Source: Chloroflexota bacterium
GTDB lineage: Bacteria > Chloroflexota > UBA11872 > VXNJ01
Direction: 5' to 3'
Assembly: GCA_965261345.1 (NCBI GenBank)
Contig: OZ253449.1
Span: forward strand, 928,001-992,000
DNA length: 64,000 nt
Below the pieces are notes generated by a model that was not told where the DNA came from, made no database searches, and saw nothing but the letters and a program-made list of their open reading frames with translations. The first letter of the stretch is position 1, and every line of letters begins with the position of its first letter. Below are positions 59,061-64,000 of this stretch, in pieces. The translations under genes were made by a program, and so were the position numbers.

Positions 59061-60953
59061 ATGGCGGTCCTCTCCGGAATTCGCCCCGGCGCAGCCCACA
59101 GCGCCCCCGCCGAGCTGCCGAGCGAGCAGTACGGCATCTGGTCGTGGATTACCACCGTCGACCACAAACGCATCGCCAAGCTCTATCTGTTTACGGCGAT
59201 GGCCTTTTCGCTAGTTGGCGGCGGGTTGGCGCTGGCCATGCGCACCCAGCTGGCCGTCCCTGAAAACGACCTGCTTGACGGCGGGACTTTCAACCAGTTC
59301 TTTACGATGCACGGCCTGATCATGATCTTCCTGGTGATCATGCCCATCAACTCGGCCTTTTTCAATTTCCTGATTCCGCTGCAGATTGGAGCCCGCGATG
59401 TTGCCTTCCCGCGCCTGAATGCCCTCTCCTACTGGATATTCCTGTTCGGCGGAATCCTTTTCAACCTCTCCTGGTTCACCGGAGGGGCGGCCGATACCGG
59501 CTGGTTCGCCTACCCGCCACTGTCCGACGACCAGTATTCGGCCACCAACGGCATGAATTACTACCTGGTCGGGTTGGGTGTGCTGGGAACCTCGTCGATC
59601 ATGGCCGGAGTCAATTTCATCGTCACGGTGCTAAACATGCGCGCCCCGGGAATGACCTTCACGCGCCTGCCGATCTTTACCTGGATGTCGCTGGTCACCC
59701 AGTTCCTGCTGGTATTTGCCCTGCCGCCGCTGACGGTTGCCTTCATCCTGCTGCTGTTTGACCGCACCGTCGGCACGACGTTCTTTCAGGCATCAACGCC
59801 GGGCGGCGATCCGATCCTCTGGCAGCATATGTTCTGGTTCTTCGGACATCCCGAGGTCTACATCCTGATCCTGCCGGCGATGGGGATGATTTCCGACGTG
59901 ATCCCGGTCTTTGCCCGCAAACCGATATTTGGTTACACCGCGATCGTTTTCTCCGGCATTTCGATCGGATTCCTGGGGTTTACGGTCTGGGCCCACCACA
60001 TGTTCGCGGTCGGCATGGGGCCCATCGCCAACAGTGTCTTTGCCGCGTTGACGATGCTGATCGCAATCCCGACCGGGGTAAAGGTCCTCAATTGGTCGGC
60101 GACCCTGTGGCGGGCCTCGATCAACATCACAACTCCGATGCTCTTTGCGGTTGGGTTTGTGGCGATGTTTACCATCGGCGGCCTATCGGGGATGATGCAC
60201 GCCGCAGTGCCGGTGGACCAGCAGCACACCGACACGTACTTCATCGTCGCCCATTTCCACTACGTCCTGTTCGGAGGCTCGATTATGGGGATCATGGCCG
60301 GTATCTATTTCTGGTGGCCGAAGATGTTCGGTCGACCGCTCAGTGAAAAGTTGGGCGTCTGGCACTTTGCCCTGACCATGATCGGCTTCAATTTGACTTT
60401 CGGACCGATGCACATTGCGGGCAACGACGGGATGCCGCGGCGGGTTTACACCTTCCCGGCCGACTTCGGATGGGAACTGTGGAACATGCTCTCCACCATC
60501 GGCGCGTACCTGACCGCGATTGCAGCGATCCTCTTTGCCTACATGATCATTAAGAATCTGACCCAGAAGGGCGAACCCGAGGCGGACCCGTGGGACGGTC
60601 ACACCCTGGAATGGTCGCTTCCGACTCCGGTCCCGGTCTACAACTTCGCCTCGATTCCACGGGTATTCTCCAACCGTCCATTCTGGGATGCCAAGCACCC
60701 CGAATCCATGGAGATCCATACGGAAAGCGATCAGACCCTCGGCAATGGACATTCAACCGCCGCCGCCCTGCCGCCACTGTATGGCCCGCCCGACGAGCAC
60801 ATCCACATGCCGCCGCCGTCCTATTGGCCGATCATATTGGCGCTCGGGCTGGTGACCTTCGGCTTGGGCGTAATCTACTTCCTGCCGCTCTCCGCCTTTG
60901 GCGTACTGGTGGTGGTGGGATCGATCTTCGGCTGGTCCAAAGAACCGGTATAG
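59061..60953 (+). CDS. coxA: Cytochrome c oxidase subunit I (type A1)
   Basis: DHKRI, GHPEVY, WAHHM, AHFHY. Confidence 0.97.
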   Translation: MAVLSGIRPGAAHSAPAELPSEQYGIWSWITTVDHKRIAKLYLFTAMAFSLVGGGLALAMRTQLAVPENDLLDGGTFNQFFTMHGLIMIFLVIMPINSAFFNFLIPLQIGARDVAFPRLNALSYWIFLFGGILFNLSWFTGGAADTGWFAYPPLSDDQYSATNGMNYYLVGLGVLGTSSIMAGVNFIVTVLNMRAPGMTFTRLPIFTWMSLVTQFLLVFALPPLTVAFILLLFDRTVGTTFFQASTPGGDPILWQHMFWFFGHPEVYILILPAMGMISDVIPVFARKPIFGYTAIVFSGISIGFLGFTVWAHHMFAVGMGPIANSVFAALTMLIAIPTGVKVLNWSATLWRASINITTPMLFAVGFVAMFTIGGLSGMMHAAVPVDQQHTDTYFIVAHFHYVLFGGSIMGIMAGIYFWWPKMFGRPLSEKLGVWHFALTMIGFNLTFGPMHIAGNDGMPRRVYTFPADFGWELWNMLSTIGAYLTAIAAILFAYMIIKNLTQKGEPEADPWDGHTLEWSLPTPVPVYNFASIPRVFSNRPFWDAKHPESMEIHTESDQTLGNGHSTAAALPPLYGPPDEHIHMPPPSYWPIILALGLVTFGLGVIYFLPLSAFGVLVVVGSIFGWSKEPV

Positions 60954-60972
60954 GCCTTTCCAAAAATCCGCA

Positions 60973-61635
60973 ATGGCAGCTGAAACCCACTCGCCCGCCC
61001 ACCCGCCAACCAGCCTCGGGCAGGATATGCGCAAGCTCGGCATGTGGACATTCATCGGATCGGAATCGCTCTTCTTTGCGACCCTGATCGCCAACTTTTT
61101 CATCTGGCGGGGAAGCGGTGAAGGTGGGTTGGGGGCCCACCACCTGGACATTAACTTGACCGGTGTGGGCGCCTTCGTGCTGCTGATGTCCTCGCTGACG
61201 ATGGTCTTGGCTTTGCGCGGTCTGCGCGCCGGCAATTCCATCAGTTACCGGAACTACATACTGGCCACCGCCGCGCTCGGCAGCGTATTCCTCGGAATCC
61301 AGGTCTACGAATTCACCCACTTCGGACTTGAGGGCCTGGGGATGACCTCGAGCATGTTCGGAGCGGCTTTTTTCATCCTTACCGGATTCCACGGCGCGCA
61401 CGTATTCTTCGGGGTCGTCTGGCTGATCTCATTGCTCGTATTCAAAGTCGGCGAAAACGCCCGCCAGCCGCTCCAGTACACAGTTGGCGTCGAGGAGGAA
61501 CTGCCAGCCGCGCCCGACGCCGGAAGCGATGGCGGATCCTACGTCTCAGTTGAGCTGTGCGGACTCTACTGGCACTTCGTTGACCTGGTATGGGTCTTCA
61601 TTTTCACCCTGATTTACCTGCTTCCGGCACCCTGA
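60973..61635 (+). CDS. coxC: Cytochrome c oxidase subunit III
   Basis: GMWTFIGSE, TGFHGAHV, YWHFVD. Confidence 0.95.
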   Translation: MAAETHSPAHPPTSLGQDMRKLGMWTFIGSESLFFATLIANFFIWRGSGEGGLGAHHLDINLTGVGAFVLLMSSLTMVLALRGLRAGNSISYRNYILATAALGSVFLGIQVYEFTHFGLEGLGMTSSMFGAAFFILTGFHGAHVFFGVVWLISLLVFKVGENARQPLQYTVGVEEELPAAPDAGSDGGSYVSVELCGLYWHFVDLVWVFIFTLIYLLPAP

Positions 61636-62006
61636 TGCAAGCCGATATAAGGTCGGAAATCGCCGCCGAGCGAAGGCGGGTGGTCGAGCACGCGCGGGCC
61701 GCGGTCGACCATCACAACAAACACCACCCCAACTACGTGGTCGTGGCAATCTGGCTGTTTATCATCACCGCCCTTGAGGTCGGCGTCATCTTTCTGCCGA
61801 TCGCCCTGTGGCCGATCGTAATCGCACTTTTCGTGCTCATGACCCTAAAGGCGCTCGGCGTGCTGGGCTACTATATGCACCTTTTCTCCGACGCCAAGAT
61901 CTTCTCGCTGCTGATGGGTGGCGGGCTGACCGTGGCGATCGCCCTGCTCGTTTCATTCGGCGCCCTCTTCGGCGTTCTGCCAGGGATGACTTCGCCGCTT
62001 CTCTAA
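61635..62006 (+). CDS. Cytochrome c oxidase subunit IV family protein
   Basis: L..ITALEV, K...V..YYMHL. Confidence 0.85.
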   Translation: MQADIRSEIAAERRRVVEHARAAVDHHNKHHPNYVVVAIWLFIITALEVGVIFLPIALWPIVIALFVLMTLKALGVLGYYMHLFSDAKIFSLLMGGGLTVAIALLVSFGALFGVLPGMTSPLL

Positions 62007-62027
62007 GGTTCCGGACGGCGCTGCCCT

Positions 62028-62414
62028 TCAGATCTGGTACCCGGTCAGGTCCTCAGCGCTCTGGATTGCCAGGTCGGCCAGGGTCGTATTGCGCAGCGCC
62101 GCCATGGCCGCGGCCTCCGCCCGCTCGATACCAATGCAACCGCCGCCCGGCGGCTCCATGCCCAACTCCAGCAAGATCTGGTCGAGGGTCACTCCGGTCG
62201 AGGCAACCGCCAGTTGGTAGCCGCCGTTGGCGCCACGCCGACTGCGCACCAGCCCGGCGCGCGTGAGTGAAGCCAGGACCTGCCCTAGGATGCTCAGCGG
62301 CACACCCTTGCGCTCGGCGATATCCTGGGCGCGAACGTAGGTGCGGGCATCGCGCTGGGCCAGGTCGACTAGCGCGGCCACTCCGTAACGCACATGGGAG
62401 TTAATCGCAAACAA
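62028..62414 (-). CDS. Rrf2 family transcriptional regulator
   Basis: RYG..A..DLA, AGLVRSRRGANGGYQLA, TLADL. Confidence 0.9.
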   Translation of the reverse strand: MFAINSHVRYGVAALVDLAQRDARTYVRAQDIAERKGVPLSILGQVLASLTRAGLVRSRRGANGGYQLAVASTGVTLDQILLELGMEPPGGGCIGIERAEAAAMAALRNTTLADLAIQSAEDLTGYQI

Positions 62415-62503
62415 TTTACGCCAATCCTTACCGTTCCAGTAAAGAATACGTCCAATCCGGCGGTGACCAGCAATTGGCGACAGCGGCCACGGGCATTTCG
62501 CCC

Positions 62504-63445
62504 CTAGCTTCCGGGAACGACGATGGCCTTCAAAAATCCCGGCGCGTGGTCTCTAAGCGCCTCAAATCCATCGGCGACCTTATCTAGCGGGAGCCTGTGG
62601 GTAATGATCTTGCCCATCGGAAAAACGCCGCGCCCCAACGCGGCCAGGGCGCGGGCGTAGTCGGCCGGCTGGTCGGACGAATAACCAGGGTGAACCGAAT
62701 GGGCGATCAGGCCCTTGAACGCGAAATTGCGCAGGTTGTAGACATCGTCGAGCTGGTGGTAGCCGGCCATTATCAGGCGCCCGCGCCCGCGCCGCAGCAG
62801 GTCGGCCGCCAACCGCAGGCCTGCGGGCTTGCCCACGATTTCAATTACCACATCGGCCCCGCGGCCGGTGATGTTGAGAACCTCATTGATGGGATCTGCA
62901 ACGGTCACGTGGGTGGCGCCAATTTCCAGCGCCAGCTGGCGGCGTTCAGGGATCGGGTCGACGGCGATCAGCGAACCCAACCCGGAATTCTTGAGGGCGG
63001 CAATCGTCAGCAGGCCCATCGCCCCGCAACCGACCACCACCACGTGGTCGCCAAATAGCGGCGAGGCGGCGCGGGCAATGTTGGCGACGCAGAAAAGCGG
63101 TTCGCCCAGGGCATGGGCAAGTTCGACGGTGGACGGAACCTTGAACACCTTGTCGACGCTAGCGACCGTGTAGGTGGCAAACGCCTGCGAGATTGCCCCG
63201 GTAACCCGATCGCCTTCCCTGAGCCCGGTAACGCCAGCACCCAGCGCGGCCACCGTGCCGACCCCTTCGTGCCCCAAAAAAGCCGGTTTGTCGACCGGGC
63301 GCTGGCCGGTGTAAACCGGCAGTTCCGAGCTGCAAATCCCGCAGGCGGCAACCTCGACTAAAACCTCGCCCAGCCCCGGCGCCAGTTCGACGTCGATCAG
63401 CTCAAACCGTTTGGGCTCCACCAACCCGGCCCGTGTACTCTGCAT
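62504..63445 (-). CDS. Zinc-binding (MDR) dehydrogenase
   Basis: CGICSSE, GHE, GCGAMG; start approximate. Confidence 0.9.
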   Translation of the reverse strand: MQSTRAGLVEPKRFELIDVELAPGLGEVLVEVAACGICSSELPVYTGQRPVDKPAFLGHEGVGTVAALGAGVTGLREGDRVTGAISQAFATYTVASVDKVFKVPSTVELAHALGEPLFCVANIARAASPLFGDHVVVVGCGAMGLLTIAALKNSGLGSLIAVDPIPERRQLALEIGATHVTVADPINEVLNITGRGADVVIEIVGKPAGLRLAADLLRRGRGRLIMAGYHQLDDVYNLRNFAFKGLIAHSVHPGYSSDQPADYARALAALGRGVFPMGKIITHRLPLDKVADGFEALRDHAPGFLKAIVVPGS

Positions 63446-64000
63446 GACCACATCCCTTTGCAACTTAGCAAATGAATTCATGTGTATCGGCACCCGGGTT
63501 GGCAGGGCTCGGAATACCCAATCAGCATCCGGCCCGCCCTTACCTCCCAGGGGTCCCGTTTGTCAGTATGCCGCCGATCGGCGCGGCCGGCCGGGAGGTG
63601 GCCGTTGTTTGGCAGATTCGGTCCGGCGGCGCGCCCAATAGCATTGGCGGGAGCCTGCAACCCGGCCAACCGGCACTTGCAGGTTCCGGCGAGAAAGCAA
63701 CAATCTAGCAATTCCGGCCAACCCCCCAAGACCATGCCCGACCAGTCAGTCAAAATCGAAACCGCGCTCGAGCGAAAAAGTAGATCGATGAAATGTGTCG
63801 GCCCCGAACGCGACGGCCGCGATCATCCGTGCTATTTGGATGCCGCCTGCGTCCGGCCGCACCTGCCGGGCGACAACACGATCGCGATTTCCAGCCCTTG
63901 GATCGCAATTGGCTGCGAACTGTTCAATGACTGCCCCGAAACCCTTACCGACCGGCGGCCCGCGCGGGATGGACATTTTTGGGCGGTTGTCCGGGGCGGG

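Noticed and set aside
15700-63500. Numerous overlapping or antisense ORFs in the track
   Set aside because: Shadow frames of high-GC genes with Arg/Pro/Ala-rich low-information translations.
63478-64000. Short minus-strand ORFs at the window end
   Set aside because: No recognisable motif; may be a degraded gene or context cut by the window edge.

Overview
GC-rich bacterial chromosome segment. Gene content and style tentatively suggest a Chloroflexota-like organism, but this is inference. The window has two parts. (1) About 1.0-15.6 kb is an accessory island between tRNA-Asp(GTC) and tRNA-Tyr(GTA). It holds a Gmad2 lipoprotein and a decayed type IIG-like restriction-modification gene. That gene is cut off by an apparently intact IS1595-family element whose imperfect terminal repeats enclose the transposase, a DNA methyltransferase-HNH nuclease fusion and a 39-aa basic peptide. 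Next come a lower-GC three-gene block (HEPN-like protein, WDG-motif protein, ART/RES-like protein), a nested pile of IS remnants (IS110, a DDE element with 21-bp IRs, IS481, IS3) and vapBC. (2) About 15.7-64 kb is core-like: tpiA, a double-length uvrA that probably starts at CTG, ftsY, glcDEF, two tandem ChbG-like deacetylases, otsA, dtd, hisZ/S-like-hisG(long)-hisD-hisB, nadK, recN, a sulfatase, a MoxR-DUF58-vWA operon, a CCA-adding enzyme, ddl, pyrE, a cytochrome c oxidase operon, an Rrf2 regulator and a Zn dehydrogenase. The best candidates for an undescribed system are the IS1595-borne MTase-HNH cassette and the adjacent HEPN/WDG/ART-like module. All calls come from reading motifs by eye; no searches were run.
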